From assembly GCA_951406725.2 (NCBI GenBank), contig OX597814.1, positions 204,414,001 through 204,478,000 on the forward strand: a stretch of DNA of 64,000 nt, given 5' to 3'. Under the pieces are notes generated by a model, which did no database searches, had not been told where the DNA came from, and worked only from the letters and a program-made list of their open reading frames with translations. Position 1 is the stretch's first letter, and every line of letters begins with the position of its first letter. Both the position numbers and the translations under genes were made by a program. Source of the DNA: Octopus vulgaris (taxonomy: Eukaryota). This document shows, in pieces, positions 49,546 to 62,146 of this stretch.

Positions 49546-52500
49546 TATATTTTGTGAAATTTGATTTAGTATTTCTAAATTGAATTTTTCTCTGTAAGTT
49601 AGGAATAATATTCCCTCAAATAATTATTATATATATATATAAATGTATTAATATATAAATGTATGCCTATGGCAGCTGAAGTTATTGATACCTCATTTCA
49701 GAAATGTATGATTGTATTAATCCTAATATGAATTTATTTAAACGTTTATAGAAGTAAAATTACTTTACATAGTTTATTGTTATTGTTCAGTAAAAGATCA
49801 CCAGATATGTTATCTTTATGTAAACATCTGGACATGTTGAACATTTATTTTTTAAAAAATTAATTCTAGAAATGTTTTTTCTTGTTTGTATATTTATAAT
49901 ATGAAAATTTCCTTCTGTTTAAGTCATATTAATTTATTTTTAATTGGAAGCCCATTAAGTCAATATTAGAAACCATGAAGAAAATTCTGGGAGTGTCTAA
50001 ATATTTTTATCAGTTTATTTGAAGAACAGTATCATGCCAGTTTAGTTTTTGGTAACTGTTACAGCTTCATGTATGGATGTTGTTTTGATACCAGTCTTTC
50101 TCAGAATTTCTTAGTTCTAAGATACTTCCTGTTTTAAAGGAATCCAAATTAAAACCTTCCAACGAAATTTCATGTTACTGTATAAGATACACCTTTTTCT
50201 TTCTTCACCAAAAAAAAAATCACCCTGGATCCTAAATGCTAAGTTTGGGCTCCCATAAGCTTTATCTCTCAGCTACTATATTTGTTCACTCGAATCACTA
50301 CTTTCCTGATCACTTTCACCAGTTTGATTGTCCAAATCACTCACATTGCCTGAGTAAGTGTAAACTCTTTGACTGAAGAATACACATCAATAATTTCCTC
50401 ATTTGCAAAGAGTCTAAGCCTTGCTTGTTTACAAGATAAAGTGTTGAGTTCATTATATGCCTGTTTTATTATAAAATTCTTTTTTTTTTTTTCAATTAAA
50501 AACAAGAGTGAACAACAGCTTAGATGGGGGGGGGGGCACTGTTAGCAATGAGTCATAAATACACTTGACTACAAAATAGTTGTCTGTTTTTAGTATTTTA
50601 TCTTCTCTTTCTGTGTGTATTGGTCATCACTGCTTTATCAGGAATCCAGTAGCGATTTTGTTTATGCTATTCCCAGTATGCTAGGAACACGGTATGATAG
50701 GGCTAATGTATGAATAGCATTTTGATTTTGAATATGTACAACTGAAATTGGGGCACATCTAATATACCTGTGTGTCCTTTATGCTATCAAAAGCTTAATA
50801 ATACCAAAGTTGTTTTACCAAATTCTCCCTTCTTTTTCAAATGAATTGAAACAGAATTTTAGCAGAAATATGGTAACAAAATGGTTAAATAACTCTTCAC
50901 CTTGTGATTTTAACCTGCTCTCATCATCGTTTAACGTCTGCTTTCCATGCATATATACATACATATATATATATACATACATATATATATACATACATAT
51001 ATATATACATACATATATATATACATACATATATATATATACATACATACATACATACATGAGTTGGATGATTTGACTGAGGTCTAGCAAACCAGATGGC
51101 TGCACCAGGCTCAATCTGATCTGGCAGAGTTTCTACAGCTGGATGCCCTTCCTAATGCCAACCACTCCGAGAGTGTAGTGGGTACTTTTACATGCCACTG
51201 GCATGAAGGCCAGTCAGGTGGTACTGGCAACGGCCAAGCTCAAATGGTGCTTTTTATGTGCCACCTGCACAGGACCCAGTCCAGCGGCACTGGCAAAGAC
51301 TTATTTGTGTGAAACCACATTCATGTTATCTGGAGTACTATATTTGCTGGCATAAAAGTTATCTAGGTACATTATTAGATGTACCACAATTTCAGCTGCG
51401 CATATTCAGGGAGAAAAGGGTTTGGGTACATTAAGGCATGTAAAATAGGTCCAACTTTGCTTATAGGACCCAGGTTAATTTTTGATATATTTAAAAAAAA
51501 AAAAAAGGGCTTTTATGTGCAGACTGATATTAGAAGGTTTTGTTCTCTTGAACCAAGAATTACATTCTTTAAGTACAAACAGTTTATCATTGTGAAACGA
51601 CCCCTCATTCTTTGGGCTCTCATGATTATATAACTGCTGCAAGCATTTTGTAAAACCATAAAACATAATTTTGAATCAAATTTTTTTCCTGGTGTAACCA
51701 TCAATTAAAACAGATGGATTATATAGATCTTGAAAGTGATTTTTTATGGTAATAATATAGTAATATGTGTGTGTGTTTGTATATTGTTTCCTTTCTAAAC
51801 TGGCAAATATGCTCTGGAAAAATTTATTACAGATTTCCTTATTGGTGTTAAACTGCTGAGATTAAAAGATTTCCTGATAGCTTTTTCTATCATTAGTTTA
51901 TAATTTTGATAAGGGACTGATTTTTAAAAAAATCTTGCTTTCTGTGTTGCTAATTCAAAGATCAAATTTTATAAATTACATCACTTATCATTTTACATGG
52001 TTAATCAGCATATTTGAGACTAATTAAGTCAATTTTTGATTCTCAGTAATTAAGAACTTTTTTCAGAATACAATCAATCTCTGTAACATTTGTGAAATTC
52101 CATTAGCTGCCCACTTTTTTTCACATTTTGATCCTCTATTGACAAAGTGAAAACTATTTTGAATTTGTATTTTTGTAGTATGAAAAATGTCCTGGTGTGG
52201 GGGTAGTAGTCCCACACTAATGAAAAATGTTTACGAGCTGAGGTTATTAGTTGCACACCTAACTAGGTTTGGGGCACCAGTTTCATTCCTTAGTGGATTA
52301 AGGGTACCACACAACACTGAAACAATCTAAAGTGGATTTAATAATTGTTTCTTATTTAAGCAGATTTGAGGGGAAGAGATTCATTGATGCCATCAACCAT
52401 ACTCCTTGTACCTTATTGGCTCCAACGAAATAAAACGGCAAAGTTGGTCATGGCAGGATTTGAACTTAGATTGTAAAAGAGTCATAAGAAATACTTCGAG

Positions 52501-53603
52501 GCATTTTGTCTGATGTTCTAATGATTCTACCAATCCACCACCCTAAAAAGTGGATTTGATAACTAAAAAGTTTGAATATTATGTGTATTAGTACTAAATA
52601 CCAGATTGGAAAGGGTTACTACATATAGACCAGCTGATGTGTATCGTTGCAAAAGGGTATTAGGTAGGATCAGCTGATATTACAAGAGGTTATTCAACAG
52701 TTATTAGTGATCCTCTTGCGTAGAAATGAACTGATACATAATTCTATTTTAATACGATGATGCTAATAACCAAATAGTTTTGGTTGAATAAATTTTGGGG
52801 TTGTTTTTGTTGAGAAATCAACTGATTTATTGATGAACTTTCTGTGAATGAGATATTTCTCCTCTGGAGGGGGATACTTTTTTTATAATTTGAATATTTA
52901 AAATAAAATTTTTTAAAGACTTTCTTACTATCCATATTTTTAAATAATTAAAATCTGTCCATTAAAGAAAAAAATATTCTGCCTATATTTGTGAAATTTG
53001 GTAGTAGTTTCCATAATTACAACTGCTGGAAAGTTGAGAAATTTCAAAACATTTTCGCAAGATTTTCTAAAAAAAATTCGTTGTAAATAGTGTATTTATA
53101 TTTTGTAACCAAATTTCAAATCCAGCTGTTTCCTTCAAATTCTATTTTCTAAATGTGATTTGTAACAACTTCAGTCATTTTTAGCCATTTTGTTGTACAA
53201 CAACAAAGAAAAAAAAGGATAAAAGCACGACATCAAAATATTTTATATTAACATCTTGGACTGCAAAAAAAAAAGAAAAATGTTAAAAAAAATTTAATCA
53301 AATGTAACTTCATTTTGTTGTGTTATCTTTTCAAAGTCAGTTCCAGTGTTACAACTTGTTATATTTTTTTTCATGTTATTCCTAGAGTTCAATTCTTCAA
53401 CAAATATCTCTAGGTTTTATAATTCATGATTCAAAAATTGTAAGTAAAAAGAGAAAAACTCATTTTTACTGATTGTGAAAGTTTGTTTAATAAAAATATT
53501 TAAAAATATTTTTACTTTTCTTCAATTCAGCATCTAAATAATGTTAAGTTAAACCAGGAGCTGCATCCAGCTGTAAAAAAAAAAAATGCCACAGCAGCCA
53601 AAC

Positions 53604-54749
53604 ATCATTAGCAGGTTAGACAAAATGCTTTGTGGAATTTCTTTCTACTTTTAACCTTCTGAGCTCAAATCCCACCAAGGTTAACTTTGCCTTTCATCTT
53701 TTTGGGTTCAATAATGTACCAGTCATGTACTAAAGTTGATGTAAACGACTAACTCCCTCCCAGATAAAATTAGTGGGTTCTATGCCAAAATTTGAAACCA
53801 CTATATCAAGGCAGGGAGCTGACAGAATTGTTAGCACTTCAGGCAAAATGCTTAGAAGCATTTCGTCTGACTCTTTACATTCTGAGATGAATTCCAGCCA
53901 AGGTAAATTTTACCTTTCATCCTTTTGGAGTCGATATAATAAGTACCATTTGAGCACTGGCGATCAATATGATTGACTTCACCCCACCCACTAAAAATTC
54001 AGACCCGGTGCTAAAATTAGAAAGAATTGTTTCAATCTATATAGAAGGGAGATTAATGTGGAAACTTGGATTTCTGGTGGTGCTTTGGTTGTTTGGCACA
54101 GGTTATCTATATTTATTTGACAAGAGTACAGTTCGTACAATTGTTTAATGGGTTTGTGTGCATGGTGTGGGGTAGGTAATAACATTTGGCTCTTTATGAG
54201 AAGTCCTGTGTTCATTAAACAATCGTACCCACTGTACTCTTGTCAAATAAATATAGATAACCTGTGCCAAACAACCAAAGCACCACTAGAAATCCAAGTT
54301 TCCACATTAACCTCCCTTCTATATAGATTGAAACAATTCTTTCTAATTTTAGCACCGGGTCTGAATTTTTAGTGGGTGGGGTGAAGTCAATCATATTGGT
54401 CGTCAGTGCTCAAATGGTACTTATTATATCGACTCCAAAAGGATGAAAGGTAAAATTTACCTTGGCTGGAATTCATCTCAGAATGTAAAGAGTCAGACGA
54501 AATGCTTCTAAGCATTTTGCCTGAAGTGCAAACAATTCTTGTCAGCTCCCTGTGGTTTCAAATTTTGGCATAGACCCACCAATTTTATCTGGGAGGGAGT
54601 TAGTCGTTTACATCAACCACAGTACGTGACTGGTACTTTGTTGACCCCAAAAAGATGAAAGGCAAAGTTGACCTTGGTGGGATTTGAGCTCAGAAGGTTT
54701 AAGAGTAGAAAGAAATTCCACAAAGCATTTTGTCTAACATGCTAATAAT
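53604..54749. repeat. Large fold-back inverted duplication, ~545-bp arms, 62-bp spacer
   Basis: 53604-54150 is the reverse complement of 54213-54749 with few mismatches; the mirror ORFs 53991-54215(-) and 54148-54372(+) encode near-identical peptides. Confidence 0.95.
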
Positions 54750-57700
54750 TCTGCCAGCTTCCAACTTTAATAAGATCACCATCAGCAGCAGCATCTTGGT
54801 GTCGGGGGTTGACCTGCTTTCTCTTCTGCGGGTCTTACGAATAGCAAAGGACCACGTTTCGGTCTTCTCCCACTACAGACAATCCTGAGGCGTGGTCTTG
54901 CGAGCTCTGGGACGAAGACTGCTTCGCTCAACAAACAAACAAGCAGTGGTCCTCTGTTGGACTTATGCAAATCATCATCTTCATCATCATTTAACGTTTG
55001 TTTTTCCATGGTAACATGGGTTGGATGGTTTGACATGAGCTGGCCAGCTGAAGAGTTGCCTGGACTCCATGTCTATTTTGGGATGGTTTCTACAGCCAGA
55101 TGCCATGAACAATAGTCTTTATACATGGCTGTTCTAGTATTTTACTCAGCTGGCTGGCTCCTGGTCAACCCTTATTAAACTTACAAAAGAAAAGTTTCAG
55201 CCACAACTGTCTTTTTTTCCTGGCATAGTGTATCCCAGACTACAAGTCTTTTTATTTCTTGAGACACCTGTGCTCAGTCATCAGTAATAAGAGGATCTTT
55301 TCAATCTCAGTCACAGGTTTTTTAATTAATTTTTTTAAAACTAAACAGTTTGAAACTTTGGATACTGGTTGAATGTGTCATGTAGAACACGGTTTACTCT
55401 TAATGTTTTTAACAAAATTTTGTATTTTAGAAATTATTTCATGTTAAAGTTGTTGTATTTGGGTAATTTTAACCAATCAATGATGTGTATTCAGCTGGAG
55501 AAAGCTACTGCTGTTTGCAAAAGTAATGTAAGAGCAACAACTTGCAGGTCATCAGGTCATGAAAGAGAGAGAGATGTGGGAGAAAAGTATTAAAAGATAA
55601 GAAAGGTGGGTGAGAAAAACAGAAAGTTCTTTTAGAGGGAATACATACGTGTGTGTGTATTTTTTTCCCATCTTATCCAATGTGACCTTGTTTATATAAT
55701 GTTAGCTTGTGACATTGAGAGAGATTTGGCTGTTATTTCCAGCAAATTGTAGAGAATGGAGAGAGTGGTGATGATCTGAAGAGTCATAGAATATCTGCTT
55801 TAATGAATTTGGCCTGACCCATTCAAGCATTGAAACGTGGATGTTAAAACATTATGATGATGATAAAGTTATTTTTAACCATACAGCCTGAGTCAATCTA
55901 AGGGGAAGGCTTTACACAGGGGCACTACCTGCTACTCATCTGATAATATACAAAAACGAAGGAATGCAATAGAAGCAGATCCAATCGAAAGCCAAACCTT
56001 TAGGAATAAATAGACTTAGTATTTATTTAAGAACAGAGATTCCACTGATTTTGGTCAAGTGTTCTGTGCTAGCCTTGGTCTTTACTATTTAAATCAATAA
56101 ATAAAACTATTTAGGTCTTCTGTTGTTGTTAGACCCAGGTATGTTCTGATCACAGACCTATGATCAAAAGGTGCTCCGGCCATGATTGTCTAATGTCCAC
56201 TTTTTCATGCTTGCATCCAGCAGAAGTGATTTGCTGAATAATATTTTTTGGGCAGGATGTTTGTCTTGTGGCTAACCCTCACTTGTTTCTGAGCAAAGTA
56301 ATATATTTCCCCTGGTCCTTTGAACACAAATAGCACAAGGGCCAGATGTAGTTCCCTGGAAGATTGAGAACAAATGACACTATTGTTTGTTTATAATTAG
56401 CATATGATACCAAAACAAGGTAATAAGAACATATACATATATATATGATGGGCTTCTTTCAGTTTCTGTCTACCAAATCAACTTACAAGACTTAGATTAA
56501 GCCAGGACCACAGTAGAAGACACTTGCTCAAGGTGCCACATTGTGGGACTGAACTGGCAAAAACATGGCTGTGAACCAAACTTGTTAATCTCAGCCATGC
56601 CTGCTCCTCATCTTATTTTCAGGCATTATCAAAAAATATGTTATAAAATGTATCCTTCTTTTTTAAAGACTGTAAGGTGTGATTTATTGAAGATTTGGCT
56701 GCTATGCTTAGTAGATCAAGTAACCATATAAAGCTCCTTCCATATCTATATTAGTTGTATATTATTTTATTTGCATTTTCACCCAAATAACCACAATTTC
56801 TGCTGGAAACCCATAGCTCCCTAAAATATATTCTGAAAGTTCTCAGCTTGTTTCATAACAACCAAGTAGACATAAAAAAGGCTGGAATGTAATAATTATT
56901 TTACAATTATTCTACTGAATACAATCAGAATTCTTCTCCAAGAAGTCATCATCATCATTTAACGTCCACTTTCCATGCTAGCATGGGTTGGACGAATGAC
57001 TGAGGGCTGGCGAATCAGATGGCTGCACCAGGCTTCAATCTTGATCTGGCAGAGTTTCTACAGCTGGATGCCCTTCCTAACGCCAACCACTCCGAGAGTG
57101 TAGTGAGTGCTTTTACGTGCCACCGGCACAAGGGCCAGTGAGGCGGCACTGGCAACAACCTCGCTCAAATCTTTTACACATGCCACCGGCACAGATGCCA
57201 GTACATCATAATTCCAAGTCAAAGCTGAGATTACTTTTCAAGAATGTTCAAAGAAATCCTTTTAGAAAAATAAGAAAACATTTTGTTTTGCAGTATCAAC
57301 AGAGGAAAAGAACTTTTCAGAGAAAAGGTATTATATTTCTTTTATTACTAAAACAAAACCAAATCATCAGATGTGAACAGTTGCGATAAGATTCCAAGTT
57401 ATTTAAGTTACCTGATCCCTGTAACTCAGAGATTTGGATAAACTGTGGAAAATAATAAAATCTATAGAATTTAGATAAAGGAATTTTCGACTTTTTTGGT
57501 TTACACGTCCAGAATTGAGATCATTTCAAGTTATAGAATTACCACACAAGTGGCAGTTGATAACTGTTTCCAATTGAGGCACAGGGCCAACAATTTTGAA
57601 AGGAGTGAAGGGGTTAGTCAAGACCATCAATTCTAGTACTTGATTGTTTCTCCATTTTGTCAACACTGAAAGGATGAAGGCAAAGAGGACCTAAGAAAGA

Positions 57701-58162
57701 TTTGATCTCAGAACATAAAGAACTGGAAGATATACTATGGGCATTTTGTTGGGATGTTCTGATGATTCTGTCAAGCCATGACCCTCCAGTGGTAATAAAT
57801 AAAAATGGATCTCTGTTGTTTAATGTTGAGTATTCAGTTTCAATGAACTGAATTAATGTGTAAGTGGTTGAGTATTCCACAGACATGTGTGACAAAGCTG
57901 TACCTTTTGAATTACAGTTACAATCCACCTGATGGGCTTTCCATCTTTCTACCAAAGTTCATTCACAAGATTCAAGGGCTACAGAGAATGATATCTGCCC
58001 AAGATGCCATGCAGTAGGATTAACCATTCGACCATATTCTGCCTGGTGGCAATTAATAATAAATGCTCAGTAATTTGTTGACCGACATATCAAGGTAAAT
58101 GCATGTGTATGTGTGAGAGAGAAAAAATATATATAACTTATAATGCAATGAAGCACAAAGGA

Positions 58163-58225
58163 TATATATGTATATATACATATATATATATACATACATA
58201 CATATACATACATACATATATATAC

Positions 58226-58312
<87 letters not shown>

Positions 58313-58409
58313 CATACATATATATACATACATACATATATATACATACATACATACATATACATACATACATATACATACATACATATACATACATACA
58401 TACATATAC

Positions 58410-58448
<39 letters not shown>

Positions 58449-58473
58449 CATATATATACATACATACATATAC

Positions 58474-58520
<47 letters not shown>
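58163..58520. repeat. Compound (TACA)n/(TA)n microsatellite (smaller one at ~50950-51060)
   Basis: Direct inspection. Confidence 0.95.
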
Positions 58521-58523
<3 letters not shown>

Positions 58524-58615
58524 ATTTAAAATGAGGGTGAAAAATTAGATATTAATTTAATTAACACCGATTTCACACCAGTGGTCTAGCATACAAAAAA
58601 ACTGAAGGTTTTCAG

Positions 58616-58649
<34 letters not shown>

Positions 58650-58700
58650 TATATACATATACTTGCTACAAGCACAGTATTTACTGTTATACTCCTTTAA

Positions 58701-58915
58701 CCCTTTTGTTACCATATTTCTGTGAAAATACATTGCTTTTGTTTCAATTATTCTTGAAAATAATGCAAAAATTCAGTAAAATAACTTTGTTGTTATTAAG
58801 CTGATGTTTGAAACAAAAATTATGAAATGTTGATGGAAAGTTTTAATTTAGATCAAAATAGGAAGTTTATATTATAGAAAGAGGGGCAGCCTCAGGTAGG
58901 TTGGTATCAAAAGGG
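58701..58915. mobile_element. piggyBac-type MITE family 1, intact ends
   Basis: TTAA|CCCTTTTGTTACCA ... TGGTATCAAAAGGG|TTAA: TTAA duplication, 13/14 TIR match, 215 bp. Confidence 0.85.
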
Positions 58916-59216
58916 TTAATTTAAGAGTTTTTTTCAAAATTTTCCAAGTCAGTTAATTAGTATGTGACAACTAATGACATATGACAGGTAATGGTAGGTG
59001 GTAGTAGTAAGTATAGGATTATCACGCAAGCAAGTTTGTTGTTGTTTTTTTCCCTGTTGTTTTGCACCCAAATGGGTTTTGTACATTTCTTACAGAGGCA
59101 AAGAATCAACACTAAGAACTGATACCAATGCAAAGAAAAATGGAACACAATTGGAATATCATCCTTAACTGTATTGGTACAGAGAAAAAAGTCCAAAGGA
59201 ATTGGTTTGGAATGGA

Positions 59217-59457
59217 TTAGAGGTCAGCTTTGGGTGCAAGTGAAACTGGAATGGCTTTCATTTCTGATCTCATGCATAAAAATTCTCCAGACACAGTCAT
59301 TAGAATGAGTGATATGATATTGGTTAACCACCAATAGAAGTTCTGTGGAAACCGAGCATTATAAATCCAGCAACAGAAGAAGTGGATTATATGTACGGTT
59401 GCAGCATAGTCCAGGCATTGTTTAGTTTTTTGAACGACAATCCATAATCCGAAAGCA
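59217..59457 (-). CDS. SYS1: SYS1 Golgi trafficking protein, last coding exon
   Basis: TTTCAG|(C)AFGLWIVVQKTKQCLDYAATVHIIHFFCCWIYNARFP..WW...GEFLCMRSEMKAIPVSLAPKADL*; matches the SYS1 C-terminal half. Confidence 0.93.
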
Positions 59458-60199
59458 CTGAAAAATAAAACCAAAAACAAGTTATGAGGAGGAGGAAGAG
59501 GAGGAGAGATGAAAATACATGACTTTTATATTATTATTTATCTTTTACGTAAATCTTTTTGTCTACCAATCGACCCCTTATTTTTTTTTAAGCCTGCTAC
59601 TTATTCTATCAGTCTCTTTTGTTGAATCACTATGTTGCAGGGATTTAAACACACCAACACCAATTGTCAAGTGTTGGAGAGGGAGCAAACACATAGATTT
59701 ATACATATATATATATATATATATATATATGAATTTTTCTGAATTTTCAGATTTTTCTGTATGCTAGGCTACTGGTTTTAAATTGATGTTAATTAAATTA
59801 ATATTCAATTTATCACCTTCATTATTTAAATATATATATATATATATATATGACAAACTTTCAGTTTCCATCGACCAGATCCACTCACATGGCTTTGTTG
59901 AGCCCAAGGCTATAGCAAAAAAGCAGTTGCCCAAGGTGCTGCACTGTGGGATTGAACCCAGAACCATATGGTTGGGAAGCAAGCTTCTTATCACAAAGCC
60001 ACACCTGCGCCCACGTTTATATATATCATATGTGTATGTGTGTGTTTTTATCCTCCACCGCTGCTTGGCAACTGGTAGTGGTTTGTTTGTGTTCCCATAA
60101 CTTAACAGTTCAGCAAAAGTGACCAATAAAATAAGTACTAGGGTCAATTTATTCCACTAGACCCAGTACTGAAATAAGTAAAAACATAAAAGATGATTA

Positions 60200-60581
60200 T
60201 CTCTCTCTATATAAACGGCAGTTTGTCTGTGCGTGTTTCTGTGTATCTGTTTGCTTGTACCCTCACCCTGACCACGGCTTTCAACCGATTCTGATGAAAC
60301 TTGACACACACATAGCCCAATGTCATAATTCAAAACTAACGCAGCGAAAATTTTGAAAAGGTCCCCCAGTTCTGAAAAAAATCGATAAATTCGACATGGG
60401 GTCGAGAATCAGAAACACAAACCGCAAACTGTCTAGGAGACGCAACTCCACCTTTTTAACTAAAAAAAAAATTTACCATCATTTTTTTCCATTTTTTTGC
60501 TATTTTTTGGCTATAACTCTCTAAAAATGCTTTATAGTTATTTCCCTTACAAACCTGAGCAACGCCGGGCGATACTGCTAG
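60200..60581 (+). mobile_element. Non-autonomous Helitron (382 bp)
   Basis: Lies between A (60199) and T (60582); 5' TC, subterminal GC hairpin CCTGAGCAACGCCGGG, 3' CTAG. Confidence 0.8.
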
Positions 60582-62078
60582 TTTAAAATATTTTTGTCAC
60601 AAGAGCAGCTTGGGGGAGGTGGAGATGAGTCAATTACATCGACCCCAGTGTTCAACTGGTACTGATTTTATCGACCCCTCAAAAGGATGAAAGGCAAAGT
60701 TGACTTCAGCAGAATTTGAACTCAGAACATAGCAACAGGTGAAATTCTGCTAAGCATTTCATCTAATGTGCTAACGATTCTGATTATAATTATGTATGTA
60801 ATTATAGAATATTTTATATATATATATATACACACGCACACACACATTATATATGTATATGCTGGTGGCACATAAAAAGCACCGTTTGAGCGTGGCCGAT
60901 GCCAGTGCCACCTAACTGGCACCTGTGCTTGTGACATGTAAAAAACACCATTCAAGCGTGGTCATTGCCAGTGCTGCTTGATTGGCACCTGTGCTAGTGG
61001 CACGTAAAAAGCACCATTTGAGCACGGCCGATGCCAGTGCCACCTGACTGGCCCCAATGCTGGTGGAATGTAAAAACCACCCACTACTCTGAGTGGTTGG
61101 CATTAGGAAGGGCTCCCAGCTGTAGAAGCCTTCCCAAATCAAATTGAAGCCTGGTGTGATCTCCTAGCTTGCCAGTCCTCAGTCAAAACGTCCAACCCAT
61201 GCCAGCATGGAAAACAGACATTAAGCAACAACGACGATGATGATGATGTATATTGTGGACTCTCTGGTTGTTACCTGACAGATGAGGATTCTGCAACTTG
61301 TTGCTTAACACCCAGCACAGATGATTTGTATATAGTGATAAATGTGCTGTACATTTTTTTTTTACCTCTGTCATCAAATCAACATTGCTCATATAGGTGC
61401 ACAGTGTGCCACACATTAGATGTTGAAGTGATTGCAGAGCAGCATGAAATGAAGTATTTTATTCAAGAACACAATGCACTGTCCAGCCTGGGAATCCAAC
61501 TCATGATCTTGCATTTGTGAGTACAACACCTAAACCACCAAGCCACATGTCCTCATATACACATATGTACGTACGTACACTCACACATGCATGCTGGTGG
61601 CACGTAAAAAGCACCCACTAAACTCTCGGATTGGTTGGCATTAGGAAGGGCATCCAGCTGTAGAAACCTTGTCAACTGATATTGGAGCCTGGTACAGCCT
61701 CCTGGCTTGCCAACCCTCATTCAAACCATCCAATCCACATCAGCATGGAAAGCAGATGTTAAAAGATAATGATATATATGTATGCATGTATAGCACCCAC
61801 TACACTCTCGGAGTGGTTGGCGTTAGGAAGGGCACCCAGCTGTAGAAACACTGCCAGATCAGAACGGAGCCTGGTGTGGCCTCCTGGCTTGCCAGTCTCC
61901 AGTCAAACCGTCCAACCCATGCCAGCATGGAAAGTGGATGTTAAACAATGATGATGATGATAATGATTGATATATATATATATGTATGTATGTATATGTG
62001 TGAAGGGAAAGGTCATTATGTATGTCAGTAACATAGATAAAACATAATGAGGGTAATAAGAAATAAACCATGACTTAC

Positions 62079-62146
62079 CAACACAAAGAATTGATAGCAA
62101 ACCCAATTGCGTTTATTCGACCGCTATCTTCCCCAAAATCCAAATC
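62079..62146 (-). CDS. SYS1: SYS1 internal coding exon (68 bp); first coding exon outside window
   Basis: TTACAG|DLDFGEDSGRINAIGFAINSLC(TG)|GTAAGT; phase 2 matches the next exon; resembles 'LGFST..GRL.M.SF.LN.LTC'. Confidence 0.85.

Noticed and set aside
58053-58534. Y/I/H/T- and M/Y/V/C-rich ORFs
   Set aside because: Translations of the (TACA)n/(TA)n microsatellite; same for 50810-51114.
60288-60302. Hammerhead core CTGATGAAAC
   Set aside because: No stem II or III; part of the usual Helitron internal ACCGATT..GATGAAA motif.
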